A DNA stretch of 64,000 nt from an uncultured delta proteobacterium. GTDB lineage: Bacteria > Desulfobacterota > Binatia > Binatales > Binataceae. The stretch lies in the NCBI GenBank assembly GCA_963808235.1, contig CAWEEQ010000004.1, positions 1,792,001-1,856,000 of the forward strand, in the 5' to 3' direction. The position numbers were made by a program, and so were the translations under genes. This document shows, in pieces, positions 48,884 to 59,275 of this stretch; position 1 is the first letter of the stretch; each line of letters opens with the position of its first letter. The notes below the pieces were generated by a model. That model did no database searches and was not told the origin of the DNA. It saw only the letters and a list, made by a program, of their open reading frames with translations.

Positions 48884-49756
48884 CTATTTGGCCGGCCCGA
48901 TTCCGCCGAGCCCGGTGTAATATAACAGGAAATAAAAAATGCCGAGCGCGATCAACGCCGCGAATGCAATGCGATCCGATGCCGCCACCGGGTATTCGAT
49001 AAACGTCGTAGGCTCCCGCGTGAATCCGAAGCCGCGCGCTTCCAGAGCCATCGCCATGTTGTTCGCCTTGCGCAGCGCTCCCATGAAAACCGGTATCACT
49101 ACCGGCACGTAGCGCCGCACCCGCTCGATCGGACCGCCCGCGTCGAAGTCGTAACCGCGCAACCGCTGCGCATCGACTATAGTCACCGCCGAGTCGATAA
49201 ACAGCGGCACCAATCGAAACGAGAGCGAGATCGCAAAGCTCACCCGGTACGGAACGTTCATCCGCTGCAGTCCATAAGTGAACTCTTCGATCTTGGTGGT
49301 CGACAAAAATAGCACCGACGCAGCCAGCAGCTCTGCCAGCTTGATCCCGCGTCCGACCCCGAAAGTGATCGAAAGCCAGGTGATTTTCAGCATCACCGGA
49401 CGCCCACCCCATCGGAACGTGCTCGTGTACGGGCCGAGCGGCACGCGAATCGAATGCGGCGCGAGATGAAACAGCGTCATCGAAAACAGCGGCGTCCCAA
49501 GCTGATAGAAAACCATCCACATCAGCGTGGTCGTGAAAATCAGAATCACAAACAGCCAGCGGAGCCGATAAAAGTTCGGCCACGAATCGGTCAACTGCGC
49601 GACCCACAGCATCAGCACTCCAATCGGAAACAGCAGAGCGATCGGGTTGTCCACCCAGTACACCGACCAGAACATGATGAACAGTGCGAACACTTTGACC
49701 GTCGGATGCAGTCTATGAACAAAAGTCCCGCGATCGATGTACAGGTAGATCGGCAT
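48884..49756 (-). CDS. ECF transporter T component
   Basis: HRLHP..K, AQRLRG and ALEARG motifs. Confidence 0.92.
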   Translation of the reverse strand: MPIYLYIDRGTFVHRLHPTVKVFALFIMFWSVYWVDNPIALLFPIGVLMLWVAQLTDSWPNFYRLRWLFVILIFTTTLMWMVFYQLGTPLFSMTLFHLAPHSIRVPLGPYTSTFRWGGRPVMLKITWLSITFGVGRGIKLAELLAASVLFLSTTKIEEFTYGLQRMNVPYRVSFAISLSFRLVPLFIDSAVTIVDAQRLRGYDFDAGGPIERVRRYVPVVIPVFMGALRKANNMAMALEARGFGFTREPTTFIEYPVAASDRIAFAALIALGIFYFLLYYTGLGGIGPAK

Positions 49757-51496
49757 CTAGGCGCGTCCCTTCACCCACTCGACGAACTCCTCGGTCGTCA
49801 GCGCGAGCGTGCCGAAGCGCCGGCTAAGCTCGGTGATTTCCGGCGGCCGAAACGACGAACTCCTAAGCAACTCGTCATGCATGAAAAATTCGCGCACGCC
49901 GCCGTCGAAAATCTTGGCGCCCTTTCGCATCAGCACCACCCGGCGCGCATACTCCGCGACCAGCCACGGCGTATGCGTGATGATCACAATCGCGATTCCT
50001 GATCGGTTCAAGTCGCGCACCAGGGCCATCATGCGCAGTTGCTCGCGATGGTCGAGTCCCGTAGTCGGCTCGTCGAGGATCAGCATCCGCGGCCGCAGCA
50101 CCAGCACACTTGCGACCGCGATTCGCTGGCGCTCGCCTTTGCTGAGCAGAAACGGATCGCTCTTCCGTTCATTCTGGAGGCCGACCGCGATCAGAACTTC
50201 TTCGCATCGTTTCTTGATCTCTTCATCGTCGAGCCCGAAATTGCGCGGACCGAACGCGACTTCCTCTTCAACCGTGGCGGCGAAAATCTGATGGTCCGGA
50301 TTCTGAAACACGTACGCAACTTCGCGGGCCGTCTCCGCCGGACGCATACTGATGCGATCCTTGCCCGACAGCTTCACCCGCCCCGTCGCCGGATTGAGCA
50401 ACCCCACGATCTGTTTGGCCAGTGTGGTTTTGCCCGAACCGTTCTGCCCGACGATCGCAAGAAAGTCCCCGGCCTCGACCCGAAGATCGATCGCATCGAG
50501 GACTCGCGGCCCCGCATAGCTGAAGCTCACATTTTCCACTTCGACCAGCGCCGCCCCAGTCTGCCGACTTTCAGCTGCTGCCGCATTCCCAGTGGCACGG
50601 GCGTCCCCGCCTGTGATTGCGAGATGAGGATATGCCTGAACGATCGCGTCATGCGCCTGCTCGACGCTTTCCGCCTCCGCCTCGATTCCGAGCAACTTGA
50701 GCGCGTGCCCAAGTCCGGGCGGACGCACTCCGCACTCCTCGAGTAGGCTGGTCCGCGCAAACACCGCGCGTGGCGAGTCGTCCGCGACAATCTCTCCTTC
50801 GCGCAGAACGATAATTCGATCGGCGCCACGCAGTTCCTCCGACTCGTGCTCAATTACAATAAGGCTCAAGCCCTGCTCGCGCAGCTTTCGAATCAACGCG
50901 AACACTTCCGCTCTGCCCTCCGGATCGAGATCGGTGGTCGGCTCGTCGAGCACGATCAGCCGCGGACGCAGCGCCAGCACCGACGCGATCGCCAGCCGCT
51001 GCTTCTCACCGCCCGACAGCGAAGTCGGATCGCGATGCTCAAATCCCTTCAGCCCGACCGCTTCCAGAGCGGGCGCGATTCGCCGGTTCATATCCGCGCG
51101 GTCCATCCCGACTTGCTCCATCGCAAACGCGACTTCATGCGCAACGTTGGTCGAGAACAATTGCGACTCGAAATCCTGGAAGACCATGCCCACCTTGGGG
51201 GCGACTTCGCATACGCGCAGACGCGCTAACTGCTCGCCTCCGATCAGGATCGCGCCGCTGAAATCGCCGTCCTCGAATTTCGGCACGATTCGATTGAGGC
51301 ACTTCGCCAGCGTCGATTTGCCCGCGCCCGACGCGCCCATCACCCCGATCATTTCACCGGCCGATTGCGCGAAGCTGACCCGGCTGAGTGCGGGCTTCGC
51401 CGCGCCGTGATAGGTGAACGTCACCTCATCGACGCTCACCGCATCGGCTACCACAGCCGCAGCGGCCGCATTTTCGATTTGCGTATCGGTTTTCAC
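49757..51496 (-). CDS. ECF transporter fused double ATPase (A-A')
   Basis: Two Walker A motifs (GASGAGKST, GQNGSGKTT), LSGGEKQR/LSKGERQR, two LDEPT. Confidence 0.93.
   Translation of the reverse strand: MKTDTQIENAAAAAVVADAVSVDEVTFTYHGAAKPALSRVSFAQSAGEMIGVMGASGAGKSTLAKCLNRIVPKFEDGDFSGAILIGGEQLARLRVCEVAPKVGMVFQDFESQLFSTNVAHEVAFAMEQVGMDRADMNRRIAPALEAVGLKGFEHRDPTSLSGGEKQRLAIASVLALRPRLIVLDEPTTDLDPEGRAEVFALIRKLREQGLSLIVIEHESEELRGADRIIVLREGEIVADDSPRAVFARTSLLEECGVRPPGLGHALKLLGIEAEAESVEQAHDAIVQAYPHLAITGGDARATGNAAAAESRQTGAALVEVENVSFSYAGPRVLDAIDLRVEAGDFLAIVGQNGSGKTTLAKQIVGLLNPATGRVKLSGKDRISMRPAETAREVAYVFQNPDHQIFAATVEEEVAFGPRNFGLDDEEIKKRCEEVLIAVGLQNERKSDPFLLSKGERQRIAVASVLVLRPRMLILDEPTTGLDHREQLRMMALVRDLNRSGIAIVIITHTPWLVAEYARRVVLMRKGAKIFDGGVREFFMHDELLRSSSFRPPEITELSRRFGTLALTTEEFVEWVKGRA
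50591..50617 (+). repeat. REP-like palindrome inside the ATPase linker
   Basis: AGTGGCACGGGCGTCCCCGCCTGTGAT, 24/27 identical to 58145-58171. Confidence 0.7.
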
Positions 51497-52278
51497 ATCA
51501 TGAACAAACCCGCGAATGCCAGTAGGAGAAATGGCCCCACGATTATCGCAACCGGCTTGTCGTACGGCGCCACCATCATCCACGCGGGCAGAAACTTTGG
51601 CGCCCAGCTACCAGTCGAGAGCAGGTTTCCGAAAATCCAGGCGCCACCCTCGCCCGCGATCAGCATCGCAAATCCGGTCGCGCGAATTCCTACCGGTTTC
51701 AGCTTCACCTCCGGCATCACGTCGGTGTAAAGCATCCGCCCCTTCTGCACCCGCGGATAAACTGCGGCCAGGATGAACGGCGACAGCACCATCGCCGACG
51801 CCATGTTGTTGAAAATGATCACGTTGCCCAGCATCGCAAACGGCCGTATCACCAGCACGTTGTCCGCCCATCCCACCAGGTCCGCGCAGAGCACGCTCGC
51901 GGCCAGGCAAGCGATTACGTATTTGAGAATCCCCAGCGGCGAATGGTTGATCGGACTCTGCCCGCGCCCGATCAGCTCCCACACCTTGTACGGAATCCAT
52001 CCGTAGGCAAGGTTGGCGAAAAATCCGAAGATGTCACCCGGCGACACGCCGCCGAAAAAATCTCCGATCATATTGCCGATCGCGGATCCCCACGCCGCCG
52101 CCGGACCGAACAGGAACGAGCACACTACTGGTATCGCGTTGGCAGGCCGCAGCTCGGTGACGCCGGGAATCAGCGGCACCACCTTGAATGGAACCAGCAC
52201 CGCCGCATAAAGCGCCGCCGAGATCGCGCACAACACGACCATCCGCGTGTTGCGCCACATCAGCCGCAGCTCGCTCAT
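51493..52278 (-). CDS. ECF transporter S component (QueT-like)
   Basis: AALYAAVL, PGVTELRPANAIP, FGP.AAWG.AIGN..GD; adjacent to the A and T genes. Confidence 0.8.
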   Translation of the reverse strand: MSELRLMWRNTRMVVLCAISAALYAAVLVPFKVVPLIPGVTELRPANAIPVVCSFLFGPAAAWGSAIGNMIGDFFGGVSPGDIFGFFANLAYGWIPYKVWELIGRGQSPINHSPLGILKYVIACLAASVLCADLVGWADNVLVIRPFAMLGNVIIFNNMASAMVLSPFILAAVYPRVQKGRMLYTDVMPEVKLKPVGIRATGFAMLIAGEGGAWIFGNLLSTGSWAPKFLPAWMMVAPYDKPVAIIVGPFLLLAFAGLFMM

Positions 52279-52349
52279 CGCGCGATGCTCCCCGCGATAC
52301 GAACGCGCCCCGCGGCTGTTATAATGACGCCGCGCGTATGCGGGATCAT

Positions 52350-53120
52350 ATGATAGACACTCACATTCATCTCGACGCTGACCAGTATCCCGACCCTTCG
52401 GCCTGTATCAAGCGCGCACTTTACGCGGGCGTGACTGCGATGGTCGTGCCCGGGACAGACCCCGCGTCGAATCGCAAAGTGATGGACCTCGCTCACACGC
52501 ACGCGCGCGTCGTCTATCCAGCGCTCGGTCTCCATCCCGAGCGGCTCGAGCACACTGATCTCGACGCCGACGCGGTTGCCGAAATGATCGCGCGCGAGCG
52601 CAACTCGATCTGCGCAATCGGAGAAGTCGGCCTGCCCTGGTATGGAGATCGCGCGAGCGACGCCGCTGTCGATGCGCAAGCGAAAAAGCGCCTTGCACAA
52701 TTCGCCCGACTCGCAACCCAACTTGGACTACCGATGATCCTCCACGCGCCCCATCGACGCGCCGCCGAAGCACTCGCGATAATTCGCGACGCGAAAGTTC
52801 GCAGCGCGGTTTTCCATTGGCACAAATCCGACGAGCAGACCACGCGCGCGATTATCGACGCCGGCTACTTCATCTCGCTGAGTCCGGAAGTCGCCTACCG
52901 GCAGCGCGATCAGGAACTCGCTCGAATGCTCCCCAGTAATCGGATGCTGGTGGAAACCGACGGCCCGTGGCCCTACGGCGGCCAGTTCGCCGGCCAGCTA
53001 ACTGAGCCCGCCTTCATCAAGGAAACAGTCGCCGCGATCGCACATCTACGATGCGCCACGATCGAGGAAATCGCCGCCGCAACGACCGCCAACGCTCGCG
53101 CACTGTTCGGAGTAGTATAG
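52350..53120 (+). CDS. tatD: TatD-family nuclease
   Basis: IDTHIHL, GLHP, IGEVGL, LH, FH, LVETDGP. Confidence 0.9.
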   Translation: MIDTHIHLDADQYPDPSACIKRALYAGVTAMVVPGTDPASNRKVMDLAHTHARVVYPALGLHPERLEHTDLDADAVAEMIARERNSICAIGEVGLPWYGDRASDAAVDAQAKKRLAQFARLATQLGLPMILHAPHRRAAEALAIIRDAKVRSAVFHWHKSDEQTTRAIIDAGYFISLSPEVAYRQRDQELARMLPSNRMLVETDGPWPYGGQFAGQLTEPAFIKETVAAIAHLRCATIEEIAAATTANARALFGVV

Positions 53121-53133
53121 AATTCTCGATTGT

Positions 53134-53493
53134 ATGCCGATCTACGAATACCAATGCGCAAAGTGCCGCAAGCTGACCAGCGTGCTCACCACCCGCGTCA
53201 GCGAAAAAATTAACGCCGTTTGCTCGCACTGCGGCAGTAAGAAAATGCGCCGCCTGATGTCGCGATTCGCGATGCCTCGCAGTGACGAGTCGCGGATGGA
53301 TTCGCTCTCCGATCCATCCAAACTCCGCGACCTCGACGAGAACGACCCGAGAAGTGTCGCCCGCGTTATGAAACGGATGGGCACCGAGATGGGCGACGAA
53401 TTCAGCGGCCCCGAATTCGACCAAGCCGTCAACGAACTCGAAAGCACCGGCGACCTGACCAGCGACGATTCCAGCAGCGACGACGACTTCTGA
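53134..53493 (+). CDS. FmdB-family zinc-ribbon protein
   Basis: MPIYEYQC..C and CSHCGS..MRRLMS. Confidence 0.88.
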   Translation: MPIYEYQCAKCRKLTSVLTTRVSEKINAVCSHCGSKKMRRLMSRFAMPRSDESRMDSLSDPSKLRDLDENDPRSVARVMKRMGTEMGDEFSGPEFDQAVNELESTGDLTSDDSSSDDDF

Positions 53494-53534
53494 TCCCCAC
53501 CGCGCGAAATCGCCGCGTCGTCATTCATTTTGCG

Positions 53535-54014
53535 TCAGTCCGCTTCGAGCATCACGATCGCCGCCGCTGCCATTCCATCGCCACGCCCGAGCGCCCCGAT
53601 TCCCTCCGGACTCGACGCCTTCACATTGACCCGCGACTCCTCCGCGCCGAGCGCTCCCGCGAGCCGCGCGCGCATCGCATCGAGATACGGCTTGAGCTTC
53701 GGCGCCTGCGCAAAAATCGTCAGGTCGGCGTTGCCGAGCCGCCATTTTCCCGCCCGCGCGAGTTTCCACACTTCAGCAAGCAGCGCGATCGAGTCCGCGT
53801 CCTTGTACTTTGGATCGTTGTCCGGGAAATGCCGTCCGAGGTCGCCCGCTCCCAGAGCCCCCAGGATCGCATTGGCGAGCGCGTGCGCGACGACGTCCGC
53901 ATCGGAATGCCCGCGCAGTCCTTTGTCGTGTTTGATCTCAACTCCGCCCAGCACGAGACGCCGCCCCGCTTCCAGCGGATGAAAATCGAATCCGTTGCCG
54001 ACCCGAAAATTCAT
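53535..54014 (-). CDS. ispF: 2-C-methyl-D-erythritol 2,4-cyclodiphosphate synthase
   Basis: RVGNGFDFH, LGGV, GHSDADV..HA, GDLGRHFP, QAPKL. Confidence 0.95.
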   Translation of the reverse strand: MNFRVGNGFDFHPLEAGRRLVLGGVEIKHDKGLRGHSDADVVAHALANAILGALGAGDLGRHFPDNDPKYKDADSIALLAEVWKLARAGKWRLGNADLTIFAQAPKLKPYLDAMRARLAGALGAEESRVNVKASSPEGIGALGRGDGMAAAAIVMLEAD

Positions 54015-54128
54015 CGCGACTCCCTTAACCCCGCCGCATAAATTCCGCTGCGCCCGCCCGCGTTGACATCCGCGATTTCAACCGCCAAGCTTTTCTCAAT
54101 TCGCCCCCGCGCAGGAGGTTCGCTCGCG

Positions 54129-54420
54129 ATGCCCGCATTTGCCAAGAATCCGAAATTCATCATCGGCACGATCGTGGTGCTGTGGGTCGCATATGTCGTC
54201 TACGCGAACTTCCAGCCGCAGCCCGTGGATTTCTACCTTCTGCCGTTCGGCGTGATTATACAATTCAAGCTCACCACCGTAATCGTCGGCGCCGCGATCT
54301 TCGGCGTTCTCGCCACGCTCATAATTCAGTGGTTGTGGCGGCGTCCCTCGAACGTCATCTTCTTCGGCAACTGCCGCGATGTCGCCGGCGCCCGCGCCGA
54401 GCAGCAATACCGTCGCGTGA
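54129..54420 (+). CDS. LapA-like small membrane protein with a +1 frameshift near 54351
   Basis: AGGAGG RBS, two TMs with N.Q.V.F. Removing one A gives the tail PSTSSSSATAAMSPAPAPSSNTVA*. Confidence 0.65.
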
Positions 54421-55600
54421 GGTGCCAGCCTTCAGTAGGCTCTCCGTCGACGGACCGATCAGCAACCCATCGGCGCGCGACAGCGAACTCAAAATCCCCG
54501 AGCCCTGATTCCCCGTCGGCGTCGCAACCAACTCGTCTCCCGTCGCGCTCGATTTTTACGCGCACGAACTCAGTCAGATCTTTCGCAGTTCTGATGTCGA
54601 CGGCGCATCGCGCTTTCACTCGCGGCAGCCCGACTCGACGCCGCCCCGCCATCTTGAGGATCGCGGGCCGCGCGTACAGGTAGAAGCAAACCATCGTCGA
54701 AACCGGATTCCCCGGCAATCCGAATATCGGCCGATAGCCCACGGTTCCAAACTTGAGCGGACGCCCCGGCCTCTGCGCGACGCCATGGAACAGTTGACGC
54801 ATCCCGAGTTCGTCCAGCGCCCCTTTGACGTGATCGAACTGCCCGACCGACACTCCGCCCGTCGATAGCACCACGTCGAATTGCATCGCCTCGGAAAGCC
54901 TCGCCGCAATCTCTTCCGGCGTGTCGCGCGCCACTTTCAGGATCGCCGGCTCGCCACCCGCCTCGCCAATCGCACCCGCGAGCGCGTATGCGCTCGAGTT
55001 GACGATTTGCGCTCCCGACGGAGCCTCGTCGACGTCGACCAGCTCGTCGCCGGTCGAGACGATCGCAACTCGAGGCCGCCGCACAACCTCGACCATCGCG
55101 CGATTCACCGCCGCGAGCATCCCAAGGTCCGCCGGCGCGAGCACCTTGCCCGCCGCGATCACGAGTTCTCCGGCGCGCAAGTCCTCGCCGCGCGGCCGGA
55201 TGAAGCTGCGCTCCGGTGCCGGCGCCATAATCTCGACCACGTCGCCGCTGCCGCGAGTCCGCTCCACCTGGACGATCGCGTCGGCGCCCTCCGCAATCGG
55301 CGCGCCCGTCATCGTGCGAGTCGCCTGTCCCGCTTCGATTCGACGCGTCGGCATCTGCCCCGCGCCGACTGTCTCGACGACGGCGAGCCTCACCGGCTTT
55401 TCCTCCGACGCCGCCGCGACATCAGCCGCGCGCACCGCGTACCCGTCCATCGCGGAGTTGTCGAAGCCGGGGATATCGCGCGGCGAGCGAATGTCCTCGC
55501 CGAGCACGCGCCCCGATGCGTCCAGAATCGGCGCGCGCTCCACTCCGAGCGGCGCGACATTCTGAAGTACGATCTCGAGGGCCTGGTCTGCACTAATCAT
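54326..55600 (-). CDS. moeA: Molybdopterin molybdotransferase MoeA with three +1 indels near the 3' end
   Basis: PGFDNSAMDGYA, MTGAP, STGDEL, TGGVSVG, RPGRP, GLPGNPVS. The conserved GNQGSGILSSLSRADG segment lies in a shifted frame (indels near 54540, 54421 and 54351). Confidence 0.92.
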   Translation of the reverse strand: MISADQALEIVLQNVAPLGVERAPILDASGRVLGEDIRSPRDIPGFDNSAMDGYAVRAADVAAASEEKPVRLAVVETVGAGQMPTRRIEAGQATRTMTGAPIAEGADAIVQVERTRGSGDVVEIMAPAPERSFIRPRGEDLRAGELVIAAGKVLAPADLGMLAAVNRAMVEVVRRPRVAIVSTGDELVDVDEAPSGAQIVNSSAYALAGAIGEAGGEPAILKVARDTPEEIAARLSEAMQFDVVLSTGGVSVGQFDHVKGALDELGMRQLFHGVAQRPGRPLKFGTVGYRPIFGLPGNPVSTMVCFYLYARPAILKMAGRRRVGLPRVKARCAVDIRTAKDLTEFVRVKIERDGRRVGCDADGESGLGDFEFAVARRWVADRSVDGEPTEGWHLTRRYCCSARAPATSRQLPKKMTFEGRRHNH

Positions 55601-55705
55601 TTTGGAACTCGCGAGCCAAACAATACCCGCGTTCAAGCCGCGATTGAACTATCGCGAGCACGGAAGTGAGGAAGTGAGAAAGTGAAAAAGCCGAAAAGAA
55701 TGTAG

Positions 55706-56689
55706 CTAGAAATTGACTCGACGATAGCCGCTGGCGCTGCTCGCGACCGGGACGCGCACGCTGTACGAGCGCTCATACGGAGGAACGACGTCGCGCAGCA
55801 GCGCCGGGTTGAGTTCATGCAGATGCTGCAGGGTGGTGCCGTGATCGAGCGCCACCCGGCTGAGCGGCGTGCCGCCTTGCACGCTCAACATCTCGTAGGG
55901 CGGCGGCTCGTCGAGCTTGATAGTCGTGATTCCGTAGGTGTCCGCGTGATGCGCTATATACGCGACCGCCATGAACCGCCCAAGCAATCCGCGCGTCCGC
56001 CGCGGCAGCCGGTTGCCGAACCGCTCCATGTTAGGTCCGCGCAGGGACCAGAAGCGGTCGATCGCCCGATCGCCGTTATTCCACGCGACCACGGTCATCG
56101 GCCAATCGTCGCCCGCCTCGTCATGCAGCGTCGCCAGGTACTCGGCAGCCGCCTTGGTGGACATCACGGGGTCGCGCCGCTCATCGACGTAGTTATCTAT
56201 ATGGAGGCCGAAGCGCCGCGCCGTATCGCTATTGAACTGCCACGGACCCTTGCCGCGCCGGGAAAACTCGCTTTCCGCAAAGGCCAGGTAAACCAGGTCG
56301 TCAGGCAGGCCGTAGCTCCTCAGCACTCGAACCATGTCGGCCATGTAGGGATGGCTCCGATCAAACGTATCCTGCAACTGGTCGGGCGAGTTGACGATAT
56401 CGGACAGGTAATGGCGGACGTAACGGTTAAGAAGAATCGGGAACGGTGCGACCGGCTTGGGCTCCGGCAGCACGAATCTGACCGGCTGAGCGCCTTCTTC
56501 GGCCGGGGTCTCGAGCGCGAACCCGCTGCTCTGGCCGACGAGGCTGGGCGGCTGCGAGTCAGACAGGGTCGCGGGACCTTCCGACCCGTCATAATCGTCG
56601 GCAAAAGCGTAATTGGACGCGCCGCCGGCGACGAGCAGGCTCGTCATCAGCAACGTTAGTACAAGATAGATAGGCTTGGTCTTAGTCAT
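55706..56689 (-). CDS. Lytic transglycosylase (MltD-like SLT plus LysM)
   Basis: GLP.DL.YL...ES, G.WQF...TA..FGL, DERRDP..ST.AA..YL, AWN.G, L.ELNPAL. Confidence 0.88.
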   Translation of the reverse strand: MTKTKPIYLVLTLLMTSLLVAGGASNYAFADDYDGSEGPATLSDSQPPSLVGQSSGFALETPAEEGAQPVRFVLPEPKPVAPFPILLNRYVRHYLSDIVNSPDQLQDTFDRSHPYMADMVRVLRSYGLPDDLVYLAFAESEFSRRGKGPWQFNSDTARRFGLHIDNYVDERRDPVMSTKAAAEYLATLHDEAGDDWPMTVVAWNNGDRAIDRFWSLRGPNMERFGNRLPRRTRGLLGRFMAVAYIAHHADTYGITTIKLDEPPPYEMLSVQGGTPLSRVALDHGTTLQHLHELNPALLRDVVPPYERSYSVRVPVASSASGYRRVNF

Positions 56690-56873
56690 TCTCCCCCGAG
56701 AAACTTCGCCAACCCTACCGACCAAGACGACCTGAATCAACCCATTGGGGGTGGATGAACCATTAAAAAGTCTAATCTATAAAAGCATTCTAGTTGATTT
56801 ATGCCCTCAGATACTCGCAAATCTCGTCGCAGGTGTGCATTCCGTACCTTCAATTTAGCTGTTCCAGTTCTTT

Positions 56874-58132
56874 GTGTTACTTTGCCTAAGCCCGTCGTCG
56901 CCGGGTACGCTGGCCCCAGACAACGAGTTACTCAAATTGAATCTCTGGCGTGACATCATAGACAGCCTGACCGACGCGATCCTCGTGCTCTCGCCCGCGA
57001 TGGAACCCCAGGTCGTCAATCCGGCCGCCGAGACGATGCTTGCCGTGTCGCCGGTGACCGCCCTGACCGTCGCTGATTTGATCCGGCAGAACGATTGGCT
57101 CGCCCGGATGGTCGCGACGTGCCTGCTCAGCGGTCAGGACTTGGGCCATCTCGAGACGGTACTGACGATCGGGCCTCGGGAGCTGTCAGTCCGGGCCGAA
57201 GTCTCGCCACTGCTCGGCGCCGAAGAACGTCCCGAAGATCTCCGGAAGAACATCCAGAAGACCGGGCGCAAAATCAGCCGAGTGGCGATCATTCCAGCGA
57301 GGTCCGTCGCCGTGAAGTCCGTCCAAGCGGCGTCGTCGTGTTGCTCCACGACCTGTCGCACGAAAAAGAGGCGGCCGAGGCGGCGTCGAGCGGAGACTTG
57401 AGTCTAAGGTTATCGCCGGCCGGCCTCGCTCATGAGGTCAAGAATCCGCTGACCGGCATCAAGGGCGCCGCCGAGCTGATGGCCGGGATGTATCCCGACG
57501 ACGGCCGCGCTCAGCAATACTGCGACGTGATCCTGACCGGCGTCGAGCGGATAACCTCGCTGGTCGAGCAGGTGCTCGCAGTCAGCGCGCCGGCCCGGAT
57601 GAGTCTTGCGCCGGTCAATATCCACCAGGTCCTGCACTCTACGATGCGGATGGCGGGGCTGTTCCCCAATCCTCCCGACGGACTGTCGATAATACAGGAC
57701 TTCGACCCGAGCCTTCCCGATGTAGTCGGGGACACCGGCGCCTTGGAGCGCGCATTCTTGAATCTGATCAAGAACGCAGTCGAAGCGATCGGCGCGTCAG
57801 GCACAATCCGCCTGCACACCCGAATCGAAACCGAATTCCGGATGACCGCGCAAGGCCAGCGCCGCCAATTCCTGCGCGTCGAGATAAGCGACAGCGGCCC
57901 CGGCATCTCGGAGGAGCAACTCTCCCAACTGTTCACCCCCTTCTTCACCACCAAACCCGCCGGCACCGGCTTAGGCCTCGTCCTATGCCAACGAATAATA
58001 GCCCTCCACGGCGGCCGCCTCTGGGCCCAACGCGGCGGCGTCGACAAAGCCCGGGAAGGCACAACATCAAAAGAAGGCATGACCTTCAAAATAACCCTCC
58101 CAGTAGTAACCCCCGACTCCCGCCCCGGATAA
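56874..58132 (+). pseudogene. ntrB: NtrB-like PAS histidine kinase with a frameshift near 57240
   Basis: PAS domain in one frame; LAHEVKNPLTGIKGAA, DFDPSLP, NLIKNA.EA, LFTPFFTTK..GTGLGL in the other. Confidence 0.75.
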
Positions 58133-58144
58133 ATAGGAAAAGCT

Positions 58145-58171
58145 AGTCGCACGGGCGTCCCTGCCCGTGAT
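58145..58171 (+). repeat. REP-like palindrome
   Basis: AGTCGCACGGGCGTCCCTGCCCGTGAT (stem CACGGGC/GCCCGTG), just downstream of the ntrB stop. Confidence 0.7.
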
Positions 58172-59249
58172 GAAGGCGACTCCGTCGCCATCCACGATCA
58201 CACCGCCATGCTCGCAATTAGGCGACGAGCCTCGCCAACGCGATCCTCCGCCCCTCTACCTTCTTGTGCGGTCGAAATATTCGACGGCATGCAATCGTCG
58301 GAAGGGCGAGGCGCCCGGAAGAAGGATCGCAATGGAACCGCGGGCAGTTCGCCGTTCCGAGACCTCCTCTCGGTCACCTGACGATAACGTGGAGTCGAAG
58401 GACTCGAAGTGAGTGCGATCCATTGCTTTACGATGCTGCCAAACTCCTTAGCGTTTCGTTTCTTCCGGCGAACCGAGGAACCCGGATTTTCTCACGGCCA
58501 ACACCACTGAAGATGCACTCGCCAGCCGATCCGCAACGAAGAAGGAATCATTGGTCTTCCTACGGAAGGATTCCCAAAGTGAAGCTCGGCATTCTGCCCG
58601 AAAAACCCATCCTTGCGATTGACTCCAATCACCTCCCCCACGAAGAATTCCGGCAAAAGATTCCGAACACTCGGATCATCCCAATGCGTGAAGCCCGACG
58701 CGACACACACTTAAATTGAGGAGTCGATTCGTCCTGACCCCGAGCCCCATCGAACCAGACAGAAACTTCAGCTCTAAAGTCTTGCCTCCTCTCGATATTA
58801 AGGATATCTAGCAACATCCAGAAGTACCAACCCGGAAAAAATCCCCAGGAACGGTAGTAATCGCCTCAGCCACAACTTCGAGCACCAAAAAAAACCGGAA
58901 ACATCTTTCTTGCCGACATTTGCTTCTACCCGCAATATCCCCGCTGGGCTACGAATTCGCGATTCCACAACTCGGCTGCAAAATTCACCCAAGAGTGGCA
59001 CCTAAGGCCGGACACCGAACACTTCCGCTGAACTCACACCGAGTTCTGACTCGCACCGCTCCGCCCATTACTCCTACTGGCTTAGCTATTATTTTCACGT
59101 GTCCACTTCCCGTCAAAATAACGGCGAGGTCCTGCAACGCCTGACCTTCGGCAGATTGAACTCCACCCGCATTCTGCGTGCCCCCCAAACTTCTAACGGG
59201 CGCGCTTCGCGCCGCATCCTATTTTTTTCTCCCACCAACGGGAAGTGTG

Positions 59250-59275
59250 AAAAACGAAACCCACTATGGGTTTCG
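59250..59275 (-). terminator. Rho-independent terminator (minus strand)
   Basis: CGAAACCCA-TAG-TGGGTTTCG followed by TTTTT. Confidence 0.65.
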
